Virus record (IMG/VR): IMGVR_UViG_3300025387_000009
Direction: 5' to 3' (one strand)
DNA length: 64,000 bases
DNA from: a virus
Taxonomy: Duplodnaviria > Caudoviricetes
The translations under genes and the position numbers were made by a program. Positions 36,859-46,097 of this stretch are shown piece by piece (position 1 is the first letter of the stretch; every line of letters starts with the position of its first letter). Below the pieces are notes generated by a model. The model did not search any database. It was not told where the DNA came from and saw only the letters and a list, made by a program, of their open reading frames with translations.

Positions 36859-36934
36859 GGCTGCGTAGTCCAACGGCAGAGACAAGCGACTTAAAATCGC
36901 TCAAGTGTGAGTTCGAATCTCACCGCAGCTACCA
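36859..36934 (+). tRNA. trnL: tRNA-Leu(UAA), short variable loop
   Basis: AGCGA-CTTAAAA-TCGCT, 5-nt variable region, A73, CCA. Confidence 0.88.
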
Positions 36935-36946
36935 ACTTTAAAATTT

Positions 36947-37135
36947 ATGACAACCGAAACAACAACAACCGCACTAAAACAAGCCAAAGTATTCCAACTC
37001 TGCAAGGAATTGGATGAGATGAAGGACAAGAAGAAGAGTATCTCTAAATCTTACAATGATGAGATTAAGAGGATTCAAACCGAAATTGATGAGTTGATCA
37101 ATTCGGATGGTCAACCGCAGGATAACGATATTTAA
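36947..37135 (+). CDS. Small coiled-coil protein
   Basis: ORF track. Confidence 0.6.
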   Translation: MTTETTTTALKQAKVFQLCKELDEMKDKKKSISKSYNDEIKRIQTEIDELINSDGQPQDNDI

Positions 37136-37141
37136 AATTTT

Positions 37142-37236
37142 GGTGGGTTAGTGTAATTGGAAGCACGATATAGTTTATACCTATAACTTCCCTAGATGAG
37201 GGATTAGCATGGGTTCGATTCCCATACCCACTTCCA
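37142..37236 (+). tRNA. Atypical tRNA with UAU anticodon, long variable arm, U73
   Basis: GGTGGGT/ACCCACT acceptor, TATAG-TTTATAC-CTATA arm, 23-nt V region, GGTTCGATTCC, CCA. Confidence 0.75.
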
Positions 37237-37239
37237 TTT

Positions 37240-37318
37240 TAAATCCATGAATAGAACGTAAAGAGAATCTACGGCGACCTTTTAGAAATTTTAAGGTTTC
37301 ATTGAACACATGGATTTA
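37240..37318 (+). ncRNA. Candidate three-way-junction RNA
   Basis: AAATCCATG/CATGGATTT closing stem with CGTA/TACG and GACCTT/AAGGTT arms. Confidence 0.35.
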
Positions 37319-37391
37319 TTTAAAAAAATATGGAACAGCTGGGTTAGCGTAGCATTTTTTGTAATGCTTTTTATTTACGAAATATATCTTC

Positions 37392-38105
37392 TTATTTCGT
37401 AAAGAAGTTTTTAAACTTCTCCAAAGACAATTCTTTGTCTTCCATATCATTATTAAAATCAAAAAGTTTTTCGTTTGCCCCTGAATTTCTTAATTTTTTA
37501 AAAACCAAATTGCCAACAGAATATTCTCCATCGTGTTTTAAGCCTTCTTTTCGTAATGCCTTGATGGTATTTTTCAACTTTTTAAAATCGTAATATGGTG
37601 CTTGGTATCTAATAAGCCAATCTATCTTTTTTTCAAAATAATCCGAAAGTTGCAATACTAATGGGTCGTTTAAATTTCTTGTATTTGGATTTGGCTTTTT
37701 TATCCATTTTTGATTATATAGATCGTAAACAGGTTTATCTTTCCAGAATTGCTGTTGCTCCGCACCCTCTTCATTAATATTGATTTCAACCTTGTAACCT
37801 TTAATAAAAATATTATGATTCTTATTGAAATAATCTTTCTTCAAATCAAAATAATCATCGGTGCTTTTATCGGCATGAGGTTCGTTAATGTCTACTGTTA
37901 AATGGACATCTATATCACTTGTCGGTGTCCATTTATAAGACGCTAGAGATCCTACTAGATATATGTTTTTAACTGTTACTGGCGTGATGAAGTCCTCTAA
38001 AAATCTTTTTGAGATTTGTAAAAGCTTTTCTCTCACTGAGGGAACAACAGTTCCATCCTTTTGCCAAATTTTTTCGTTTAATCCTTCCATAATTGTTGAC
38101 ACCAT
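37392..38105 (-). CDS. Pol-beta superfamily nucleotidyltransferase
   Basis: LVGSLASYKW..SDIDVHL; GEYSVGNLVFKKLR; TAAGTA upstream. Confidence 0.85.
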   Translation of the reverse strand: MVSTIMEGLNEKIWQKDGTVVPSVREKLLQISKRFLEDFITPVTVKNIYLVGSLASYKWTPTSDIDVHLTVDINEPHADKSTDDYFDLKKDYFNKNHNIFIKGYKVEININEEGAEQQQFWKDKPVYDLYNQKWIKKPNPNTRNLNDPLVLQLSDYFEKKIDWLIRYQAPYYDFKKLKNTIKALRKEGLKHDGEYSVGNLVFKKLRNSGANEKLFDFNNDMEDKELSLEKFKNFFTK

Positions 38106-38132
38106 ATAGTGGTTGGTGTACCATATATACTT

Positions 38133-38297
38133 ATGGCAAAAAATAAAAAAGAAACCCAAAATATTACAGAAGCTGATCTTATCAAGGAATTGCAATATCT
38201 AGTAAAAGAGGGATTTGTAGTATATAACCCTGTCGATGAAACTTATCGGATGAAAACCGAAGAGGAGCTTGAGGCAGAAATTAAAAATGTTCGTTAA
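38133..38297 (+). CDS. Small hypothetical protein
   Basis: ATG 38133. Confidence 0.55.
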   Translation: MAKNKKETQNITEADLIKELQYLVKEGFVVYNPVDETYRMKTEEELEAEIKNVR

Positions 38298-38420
38298 ACT
38301 GTTTTTTTGTTAGTGTAAATATTTGAGTAATGATCAAATCCAAATACATCGCTTTAGCCATTTTACTATTGGCATTTGCTGGATTGACATATTGTACAAA
38401 GCTTTCAATTCAATAATAAA

Positions 38421-38627
38421 ATGCTAGGAATTGAAAAGTATATAAATAAGGATGGTTCCAAATTTTATTTGGATATATCGGAATGGAATACCGATAATGA
38501 TATTCCATTAGAAAACGGAGATGTAATAAAATTTTCATACGAAGGGAAAAAATATACTGCAAAAGTAGCTAATTTAGGACATAGCAATTTTGGTGTACTT
38601 GAGCTAAGTATACTGAAGGAATTGTAA
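38421..38627 (+). CDS. Hypothetical protein
   Basis: ORF track. Confidence 0.55.
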   Translation: MLGIEKYINKDGSKFYLDISEWNTDNDIPLENGDVIKFSYEGKKYTAKVANLGHSNFGVLELSILKEL

Positions 38628-38628
38628 T

Positions 38629-39114
38629 GTGACCATCGAAAATACAGGTATTTTTAGCAAAAGAATTGTTGCTTTTGATTTTCATGGAACACTCGTGGAA
38701 AGACATGAACATCATAAACCTTATAGAGTTGAAAATTCAAAAGCCGTTCATGCCAATAGACCTGTACTTGAAATTCTGAAACGATGTTTAAAATTAGGAA
38801 TTAAAACTTATATAATTTCCGCTGAAAATATTACAGGTGTTGACGAAGAGGGAATAGATAACAACGAAAGAATTTTACATCATTATGGTATAGATATTCC
38901 TAAATCAGATATTTTTTGTACCAATTTTGCTGCAAAAAATGCATGGTATGATGATTTAAAAGTTGAATATGTTATCGATGATGAAATTGGAAATATTCTA
39001 CTTGCTCGACAGATGGGTATAAATGGATTACTAGTTGATTATAAAGATCATCCAGTTGCAAGTTTGTTTACGAGAATAAGATTAAATGGAAAAGTTTTAA
39101 ATGGTGAGTTATAA
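38629..39114 (+). CDS. HAD-superfamily phosphatase-like protein
   Basis: VAFDFHGTL, IISA, YVIDDE. Confidence 0.65.
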   Translation: MTIENTGIFSKRIVAFDFHGTLVERHEHHKPYRVENSKAVHANRPVLEILKRCLKLGIKTYIISAENITGVDEEGIDNNERILHHYGIDIPKSDIFCTNFAAKNAWYDDLKVEYVIDDEIGNILLARQMGINGLLVDYKDHPVASLFTRIRLNGKVLNGEL

Positions 39115-39150
39115 GCCTTGATAAAATTTTTTTTTTGATAAGTTTTTAAT

Positions 39151-39345
39151 ATGAGCGAAAACACAGAACTAAAAGAAGAATTTCTTTATTTGGTAACAAG
39201 TAAAGATAAGGATGCAGAGGGAAATCCAACAGTTGAAATTGCCCAATACCGCAAGGGTAAGTTTTGGTTTTTTGGTTGGGAGATCCCAGAACCCACCGAA
39301 AAGTTTGAAAGTTGGAAAGAACTAGTAGTTGGAATTAAGGAATAG
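39151..39345 (+). CDS. Hypothetical protein
   Basis: ORF track. Confidence 0.55.
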   Translation: MSENTELKEEFLYLVTSKDKDAEGNPTVEIAQYRKGKFWFFGWEIPEPTEKFESWKELVVGIKE

Positions 39346-39351
39346 CTAGTG

Positions 39352-39357
39352 TAAGTA
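39352..39357 (+). promoter_or_regulatory. Late promoter TAAGTA
   Basis: 7 nt before ATG 39365. Confidence 0.55.
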
Positions 39358-39364
39358 TTGGTTA

Positions 39365-41536
39365 ATGAACAATATTAACCTTACATTGGTAAGTAATTTC
39401 ACTGCAAACCAGCAGAATCCTAATGTCGCTTATAGCAATTCATGGATTCAACAAGATGGTGCGCCCTTTCCTCTTTTTGCCCAAGCATCTTATATTACTA
39501 ATTTAGATGCATTAAAAATTTCTTTAAGTTCTACTGGTTTATCTATTGGTAATGTCGGTATATTTGATCCGATAAGTGGGGCAGTGGCAGATGTTGTTAA
39601 TGTTGGTGTAGGAGCAAATGCCCTTCGTGTATTAACTCAAAATTTTGGTTCGAATGTAGATAGTGTTGCAATTGGTGATTCAAGTGGAAATTTAGTTGGT
39701 ACAACTAGAGGCGGTTTAAATGTTTATCAAGTAAATGCTAATTCGGCTATTGATATTGCTCAATGTAATGTTACTCTACCTGTAAGTGGTTCTGTTACTG
39801 TTTTAAACCCTGTAAACTCGTTAAGTGCTTATATTACCAATCCTCAAATTGAAATTACAAATGATGCAGGTAATCCAATTCCGGTAACAGGTTCCTTAAG
39901 TGCTACTATTTTAAACTCAGTAACTTCGGTTTCGATTGCTAATAACAATGTAAACTCTCCTTTATATTTCCAATATTCTAGTAATCTTCAATTAGATCCA
40001 GCGGGTAAACTTCGTGTTGCTCAACCTGCTGCTTCTTGGTGGCATCAGTCAACAGTTGATAAAGATGGTGATTTTAGACTTACAGAACAATTTACTGGTC
40101 TCAGTGCTCAAAGTATTTTTATACAAGATTTAGGTAGTACATTATTAACTAGTGGTTTGAGTTCTACTGGTTATGTAATCAGACAATCCAAAAGACATTT
40201 TAAATTCACACCTGGCATTGGTACTCAAGTATACGGAACCCTAAACTTTTGTGGATCTGATCCCTATACCGTAAAAAGATTTGGACAGTTTAATTATGCC
40301 TCTGGTATATTCTTTGAGCTATCTGCCAATAATTCATTTAATGTTGTTGTTCGTAGAAGAGAAATGGATGGAACTATCGTTGAGGATAGAACAAATAGTG
40401 CTAATTTTAATGGTGATAAATTAGATGGAACTGGTTCTTCTGGACTTAATTTCTTTACATCCGTAAGTGCTACAGGATTAACATATAGTTCAATTTCTAC
40501 TGTTGCGTTTCCAAATCAAACTTTATCGGCTTATGATGTAACATATAGCACATCATCAAGTTTAATAGGCGTATTTAATCAATCATCTACTGTTACCGTT
40601 TCTGGAATTAATCCTTCTGGTTATGATGGCGTGGCATGGGTTTCTAGTATTACACCAAGTACAATTACATTAACATATCCATTTAATCCAGGGTCTTTTG
40701 TTTCTGGTAATACAATTACCTTAACACAAACTCCTTTCCACGAGGAGTGGACATGGTGGTTTGATTATTTTGGTGGTAGAACTTCAAGAGTTAGATTTGT
40801 TCTTGTGGGTCCAACTGGATCATTTATAATTCATACCTATGGTGTTGCTGGTCGTTATGGTCAACAATTTGTTTCGGAAACAGCTTTACCAGTAAGAACC
40901 GAAATATTTAATCAAGCAACATTGTCTTATCTTCCTTATGTATTGGCTTCATCGAAAGCAATAGATACGGAAGCAGAGGTGACAATGAATCCCTTTTTTG
41001 CAAATTATAATACAGTAAGTCAAGTTGTATGGCCCTCCACCACATCAACGGCAGAATATGCTATTATTGGTCTTGGATTAAGACAGGGAGAGCCTTATAA
41101 TAAGGTTGATATTCAACTTCAAGGATTATCAATTACTGATTTAGGATGGCAGAATGTTAATGCTGGTAGTGGTAATTCGACACCTGCAAATTATTCTTGG
41201 CGATTAATGTATAATCCTGTTTTATCTGGACAAAATACTTCTGCTAAACAATCCATATCAGGATCAATTAATATGGGCAAAGCATCAAGAGTTTGGGACT
41301 ACAATACAGGAGTTGTTTATCTCAGTGGTGGATATCAAATATTAGGTGGTTGGGGTTCTGCAACCACCGTACAAGATATTCAAACTGCTCTTAACTTTTT
41401 AAATATTGGAGCAAACGTAGATTATACACAACCAGATTCTGTTGTGTTACTCGTCCAACAAAACAATTATAGTTTAAACCCTCCATACAAACCTTTAGTT
41501 TGTGCTGCTACTCTTAATTGGCAAGAACAATTTTAA
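39365..41536 (+). CDS. Large beta-rich virion-type protein, paralog of 50179..51963
   Basis: 723 aa Ser/Thr/Asn/Gly-rich; RQSKRHFKFTPG, KRFGQF..GIFFE. Confidence 0.65.
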   Translation: MNNINLTLVSNFTANQQNPNVAYSNSWIQQDGAPFPLFAQASYITNLDALKISLSSTGLSIGNVGIFDPISGAVADVVNVGVGANALRVLTQNFGSNVDSVAIGDSSGNLVGTTRGGLNVYQVNANSAIDIAQCNVTLPVSGSVTVLNPVNSLSAYITNPQIEITNDAGNPIPVTGSLSATILNSVTSVSIANNNVNSPLYFQYSSNLQLDPAGKLRVAQPAASWWHQSTVDKDGDFRLTEQFTGLSAQSIFIQDLGSTLLTSGLSSTGYVIRQSKRHFKFTPGIGTQVYGTLNFCGSDPYTVKRFGQFNYASGIFFELSANNSFNVVVRRREMDGTIVEDRTNSANFNGDKLDGTGSSGLNFFTSVSATGLTYSSISTVAFPNQTLSAYDVTYSTSSSLIGVFNQSSTVTVSGINPSGYDGVAWVSSITPSTITLTYPFNPGSFVSGNTITLTQTPFHEEWTWWFDYFGGRTSRVRFVLVGPTGSFIIHTYGVAGRYGQQFVSETALPVRTEIFNQATLSYLPYVLASSKAIDTEAEVTMNPFFANYNTVSQVVWPSTTSTAEYAIIGLGLRQGEPYNKVDIQLQGLSITDLGWQNVNAGSGNSTPANYSWRLMYNPVLSGQNTSAKQSISGSINMGKASRVWDYNTGVVYLSGGYQILGGWGSATTVQDIQTALNFLNIGANVDYTQPDSVVLLVQQNNYSLNPPYKPLVCAATLNWQEQF

Positions 41537-41553
41537 AAAGATAAGTATTCTAT

Positions 41554-42495
41554 ATGTTTACTTTTGTTATTGGTTTGGTAGCATTAATTGTTGCTGGCTG
41601 TGCAGCATTCTTTTCAGTTCAGGGTTTAGCTTCATTATATGCAGCTAGATTTATTGCCGTCTGTGTGATGGCAGGAGGATTAGAAGTCGGTAAACTAGTT
41701 GCCGCATCATTCCTTCATCGTTATTGGAAAACAACCGGATGGTTACTTAAAACTTATTTAACTCTTGCTGTTATTATTTTAATGGGCATAACTTCTCTTG
41801 GTATTTTTGGTTTCTTAACCGCTGCTTATCAGCAAAGTCACGTTAAAGTAGAACTCACGGATGTAAAACAGGAAGCATTAAATTCAAAGAAAGAATTTTT
41901 AAACATTGAAATTAAACAGCTTAATGATAGAATCAATACTTTAAATGAAGCAAGAAAAGCACAAGAAGCCAGACTCCCTAATTTATCTAGACGATCCGCT
42001 GCCCCCATTTACGAAGACATCAAACGATCATCTGAAGAAATTACAGAAACAAGAAATAGAGTGGCACAACTTACCACTGACCTCTTCAAAACATCCTCTG
42101 AGTCAATTCAAGAAAAGATTGAAGGTTCAAAAGAAGTTGACATTGGGACTCTCAAATATGTGGCAAAGGCGTTTGGAGTTGATATGGATACTATTGTTAA
42201 GTGGTTTACTTTGGGTATCGTTTTGGTATTTGATCCTCTTGCAGTGGCATTGGTTTTAGCATACAACTCATTAATAGAAAAAAAATCTGAACCCGTCGAA
42301 TTCGACGGGTTTAAAAAAGAATTAACTAAAGCGGAAAATTCTGAAAATTCACTTTTAGTTAATTCAAATGAATACATTAAAGAAGAAAATTCTGAAAATT
42401 CACCTTTAATGAATTCTAATTCCCCTGAAAACGAGGGAATTAAGAATAGTGGTATTCGCAAAAATTTAAATAACGCAATTAATTACAGAGTATGA
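41554..42495 (+). CDS. Multi-TM plus coiled-coil membrane protein (DUF4407-like)
   Basis: LEVGKLVAASFL..ITSLGIFGFLT..VFDPLAVALVLA. Confidence 0.7.
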   Translation: MFTFVIGLVALIVAGCAAFFSVQGLASLYAARFIAVCVMAGGLEVGKLVAASFLHRYWKTTGWLLKTYLTLAVIILMGITSLGIFGFLTAAYQQSHVKVELTDVKQEALNSKKEFLNIEIKQLNDRINTLNEARKAQEARLPNLSRRSAAPIYEDIKRSSEEITETRNRVAQLTTDLFKTSSESIQEKIEGSKEVDIGTLKYVAKAFGVDMDTIVKWFTLGIVLVFDPLAVALVLAYNSLIEKKSEPVEFDGFKKELTKAENSENSLLVNSNEYIKEENSENSPLMNSNSPENEGIKNSGIRKNLNNAINYRV

Positions 42496-42659
42496 ATAAA
42501 GTACCTTATAACACAAATAGAAAATATAGAGATTTTGATTGGGAAAAGGAAGAGATAAAACCTGAAAAAGATATTTTAAATGTTAAAAAATTAAGAGATT
42601 TAAAGAAATCAAGATTTGAGTCCTTTAAACAGACCTTTAGAAATATCTTTAAAAAATAA
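42492..42659 (+). CDS. Small basic protein (55 aa)
   Basis: ATGA overlap; hand-translated MNKVPYNTNR... Confidence 0.5.
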   Translation: MNKVPYNTNRKYRDFDWEKEEIKPEKDILNVKKLRDLKKSRFESFKQTFRNIFKK

Positions 42660-42696
42660 TTGACATATTTATAATCATCATTTATTATATGGTGAT

Positions 42697-43803
42697 ATGT
42701 CAAATTCATACGATAAGCAACAGCTAATAGAACAAGCTAGAGAGCTTCAGACTCAAGGTAAAACAAACACCGAAATTTCAAAACTTCTGGATGTTCCTAG
42801 GAAGACTATCTATAACTGGATTGGTAATAGTTTGAATGTTACATCTCGCTCTTACATTGAGGAGGAGCCAATTATTAACGAAGACGGTGAATATATTGGT
42901 AATGCACTAAAGGTTTTTAAGCAGAATGATGCAGATGGTGATGAGGTTTTGCAGTTCTTGGAGCAATTGACTCCCATTCATTATGATCCACCAAAGAGAT
43001 CACAGGTTAGGCAAGAAGCTGCTAAATCAGCTGTTGTAATTGGTGATCTGCATTTTGGCGTTGAGCATCAACCCACAATTGAAATCTTCTTTAAAGTTGT
43101 TGAAGAAGTAAAACCAGAGAAAATCATTCTCAATGGTGACACTCTTGATATGCTTTCAATTAGCACCTATTCAAATGATGTTCGTCACAACTATTCGCTT
43201 GCTGATGAACTAAAGAAGTATCATGCATTCTTGAAGACGTTGCATGATATTACCGAAGCATGGGATTGTGAAATCTTGGAAACTAATGCAAACCATTCTG
43301 GTAATAGTCAGGAAGGTAGATGGTGGAGATATCTCAGTAAGCAAATTGGTCAGGCGGCATCGTTGCCTAGAATTCAAGAATTGCTTTCTTATGATAATGT
43401 ATTTTACCCAAACGAATCTTGGTGTAGAATCAAGTTGGTTGATGAAGTAGTTCTCCCAACAAACTTGATCGTTAAGCACGGTACAGCAGTTAGAAAAAAT
43501 GGTGGTCAGTCAGCAAGAGCAGAGTACGAAAAAGTTTTTGCTTCAACTATTACTAATCACGTTCATCGTTTTGGTGCTACCTCGCAGAGACATCCTGCTG
43601 TCGGTAACAGAAAAGCAGTTACATATTACAATTATGAGAATGCTTGCGCCTGTGATCTAAACCCTTCATATGTAAAAGATCCGAATTGGCAGAATGGATT
43701 TTCAATTGTTAATTATGGTGATGAAGTAGTGGGTGTTGATTTTGTTGCTGTCCACGAAGATATTGCTTGCGTTAATACCCTTAGAAAGACTATTAGAGCT
43801 TAA
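42697..43803 (+). CDS. HTH plus calcineurin-like metallophosphoesterase
   Basis: EISKLLDVPRKTIYNW; GDLHFG, NGDTLD, ANH, KHG, HVHR. Confidence 0.85.
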   Translation: MSNSYDKQQLIEQARELQTQGKTNTEISKLLDVPRKTIYNWIGNSLNVTSRSYIEEEPIINEDGEYIGNALKVFKQNDADGDEVLQFLEQLTPIHYDPPKRSQVRQEAAKSAVVIGDLHFGVEHQPTIEIFFKVVEEVKPEKIILNGDTLDMLSISTYSNDVRHNYSLADELKKYHAFLKTLHDITEAWDCEILETNANHSGNSQEGRWWRYLSKQIGQAASLPRIQELLSYDNVFYPNESWCRIKLVDEVVLPTNLIVKHGTAVRKNGGQSARAEYEKVFASTITNHVHRFGATSQRHPAVGNRKAVTYYNYENACACDLNPSYVKDPNWQNGFSIVNYGDEVVGVDFVAVHEDIACVNTLRKTIRA

Positions 43804-44471
43804 ATTTCCTTCAAAATAACCATCCCATCACTATCTATAATGATATAATGAGATGGAGAGTCACAGAAAGATCCAGTATTATAATAGCTTTTGTTGGTTT
43901 TTATGCAGTGATATTCTTCTGCGTAATGGACATGACCACCAAAAATTGCATCGTATTGTGTATTGTGAATATATTCCAATGCTTTATACTTGATTTTATC
44001 TTTAACTTCTAGGAAAGTTTTACTGCTTCTTTTTAACCATATAGCCAATGGCTTATGTAGTTTTTGAAAAAAATAATAGATTTTTTCAGCGATACTTGTC
44101 AATAAACCATAACTGGCAATAAAGGTATCAAATATGTCTAAGTGCAAGAATAAGAAGCGTTTATCACTAATTTGCATTTCATATTTTTCAACGAATTCTA
44201 TACCCAATATTCCAGCAAGAGCTTCGGAATTTCTATCGTGATTTCCTCTTATTAGGATAACTTCTTTTTTCTTTGAAATTTTTCTGATAGTTTCCAAAAC
44301 CTTCCAATGTTTCTTTTTATATCTTTCAAAATAGTTATTATCCAATAAATCACCATTAATGATTAACTTATCGTATTTCTCTTCGGTTAAAACCTTTAAG
44401 ATTGCATCGGTGCGACTGACGGGTGAACCAAGATGAATGTCCGAAATTACTAGGGTTTTGCCTTGTATCAT
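43800..44471 (-). CDS. Metallophosphoesterase, LpxH-like
   Basis: SDIHLG, INGDLLD, RGNHD, GGHVH. Confidence 0.85.
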   Translation of the reverse strand: MIQGKTLVISDIHLGSPVSRTDAILKVLTEEKYDKLIINGDLLDNNYFERYKKKHWKVLETIRKISKKKEVILIRGNHDRNSEALAGILGIEFVEKYEMQISDKRFLFLHLDIFDTFIASYGLLTSIAEKIYYFFQKLHKPLAIWLKRSSKTFLEVKDKIKYKALEYIHNTQYDAIFGGHVHYAEEYHCIKTNKSYYNTGSFCDSPSHYIIIDSDGMVILKEI

Positions 44472-44536
44472 TTATAATATTTAGTTTAAAAGTGACCTCA
44501 AGCTATATAAGTATAATCATACAGATGTAAAATATT

Positions 44537-44941
44537 ATGAGTTTTAATCCTCTCGATCCTTTGTCACATTTAGATTCTCCATCACCAGGCAGTAAATGGT
44601 ATACAATCTTTATTAAACCAGCAGTAATGGTGGTAGCATTTATAATGTTCTCTTATGCAACTCTTTGGATGGGTCAACACTATGTAACCCAAGATAAATT
44701 TGCAGTATATGTCGAAAGACAAATAGAATCTGATAAACACGCTTCGGAAGAAGCATCAAAAAGATTTGAAGTAACACAGGAGAAGCTAGAAACCATAATT
44801 AACAATCAAAGTATCTTCTCAGAAGATTTAAAACATATTAACCAAACCGAAGCAGGTCTAGATAAAAGAATGGACAATTTAGATCAACGTTTAATTTACT
44901 TAGAAAGAAAAGCTGGTACTATACAAACACCTGCCCAGTAA
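44537..44941 (+). CDS. Single-TM coiled-coil membrane protein
   Basis: TM 26-46 then heptads; TAAGTA upstream. Confidence 0.6.
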   Translation: MSFNPLDPLSHLDSPSPGSKWYTIFIKPAVMVVAFIMFSYATLWMGQHYVTQDKFAVYVERQIESDKHASEEASKRFEVTQEKLETIINNQSIFSEDLKHINQTEAGLDKRMDNLDQRLIYLERKAGTIQTPAQ

Positions 44942-44942
44942 T

Positions 44943-45110
44943 ATGAAATTTGATGCTTTAGTTGCTTCTATATTAGAAGAAAAAAAAGATGCTTGTTACT
45001 ATAAAGTAAAGAGCAGATATAAGGTGTGGCCCTCCGCCTACGCATCCGGTGCATTGGTTAAATGTCGTAAAAAGGGTGCTAAAAATTGGGGTAAATCTAA
45101 AAAGAAATGA
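44943..45110 (+). CDS. Small basic leader protein (DUF5872-like)
   Basis: Hand-translated MKFDALVASILEE-KKDACYYKVKSRYKVWPSAYASGALVKCRKKG. Confidence 0.7.
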   Translation: MKFDALVASILEEKKDACYYKVKSRYKVWPSAYASGALVKCRKKGAKNWGKSKKK

Positions 45111-45364
45111 AATTTGATTCACTTGTAGCAACTTTATTAGAAGGTTTCGAAAAGGAAAAACGTGAAGGACTTCACGGGTGGTTTTCACGCAGAGGTGCAG
45201 GTGGTCAAAAAGGTTGGATAGATTGTAAAACTGGTAAGGTTTGCGGTAGACAAAAAGGCGAAAAAAGAAAAGGTTATCCAGCTTGTCGCCCTACAAAAGC
45301 AATGTGTTCAGCAAGTAAAAGAAAAAAGAAAGGTCATAAAGCAATCAGATGGAAAAAGAAATAA
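45107..45364 (+). CDS. Small basic leader protein (DUF5872-like)
   Basis: MKFDSLVATLLE..GLHGWF..WIDC..CGR..YPACRP. Confidence 0.7.
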   Translation: MKFDSLVATLLEGFEKEKREGLHGWFSRRGAGGQKGWIDCKTGKVCGRQKGEKRKGYPACRPTKAMCSASKRKKKGHKAIRWKKK

Positions 45365-45500
45365 ATCTTTATAAAATAATAAGAAGTGTTATTACTGAAG
45401 TCAACTGTTGGAAAGGTTATCACAAAAAAGGAACTAAAAACTTTTTGGTAAAATAGTAAATAACTGTGTTAAAAACAAAAAGAAAAAGAAGTAATATTTG

Positions 45501-45677
45501 ATGCATAACAAAAGACATAACTATCGTCAGGCTGTTGTAATAACGGAAAATCACCCTTCATTAGAAAGAGGTCAGATTATAGAGATTCTTCGTGAGGAAG
45601 AATTTTATTATGTAGTTCAATCAGGAAGAACTGGTAGTATTGAAAAAATTGAGAAAAAAGATTTATCTTTTGATTGA
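45501..45677 (+). CDS. Small SH3-like protein (58 aa)
   Basis: Hand-translated MHNKRHNY..LERGQIIEIL. Confidence 0.45.
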   Translation: MHNKRHNYRQAVVITENHPSLERGQIIEILREEEFYYVVQSGRTGSIEKIEKKDLSFD

Positions 45678-45719
45678 CATCAAAGGGTTGGTGTGGTAAG
45701 TTATTAATATAAATTTATT

Positions 45720-45794
45720 GCCTCTGTAGCTCAGTGATAGAGCTTTCGCCTTGTAAGCGAAGGGTCGTCGGTTTAATCCCGACCAGAGGCTCCA
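45720..45794 (+). tRNA. trnT: tRNA-Thr(UGU)
   Basis: TTCGC-CTTGTAA-GCGAA, CCA. Confidence 0.9.
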
Positions 45795-45797
45795 TAT

Positions 45798-45872
45798 ACG
45801 TTGGTGGCAGACAAGAAATGCAGCAGTCTCCAAAACTGCCTTATGTGGGAGCGTTACCCACCCAACGTGCCA
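45798..45872 (+). tRNA. trnW: tRNA-Trp(CCA), T-loop AGCGTTA
   Basis: ACGTTGG/CCAACGT, GCAGT-CTCCAAA-ACTGC, G73, CCA. Confidence 0.8.
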
Positions 45873-45878
45873 ATTTAT

Positions 45879-45951
45879 CGCAGGGTGGACAAGTGGTTAA
45901 GTCATCTGGCTCATAACCAGAGGATCGTGGGTTCAAATCCCACCCCTGCCA
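45879..45951 (+). tRNA. trnfM: Initiator-type tRNA-Met(CAU), CCA not encoded
   Basis: C1:C72 mismatch, TCTGG-CTCATAA-CCAGA, GTTCAAATC. Confidence 0.85.
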
Positions 45952-46097
45952 ATTGTAAGTATATATGTGCTTGATCCACTAGAAGCCGCTATGACAGGAG
46001 TATCTGTTTTGATATTTTTTTTGGGATATTTTATTTTAAGTATCATCATCTTTATTGTTGACTTTGTGCGAAAACATCTCTAAGATATATAAATAGA

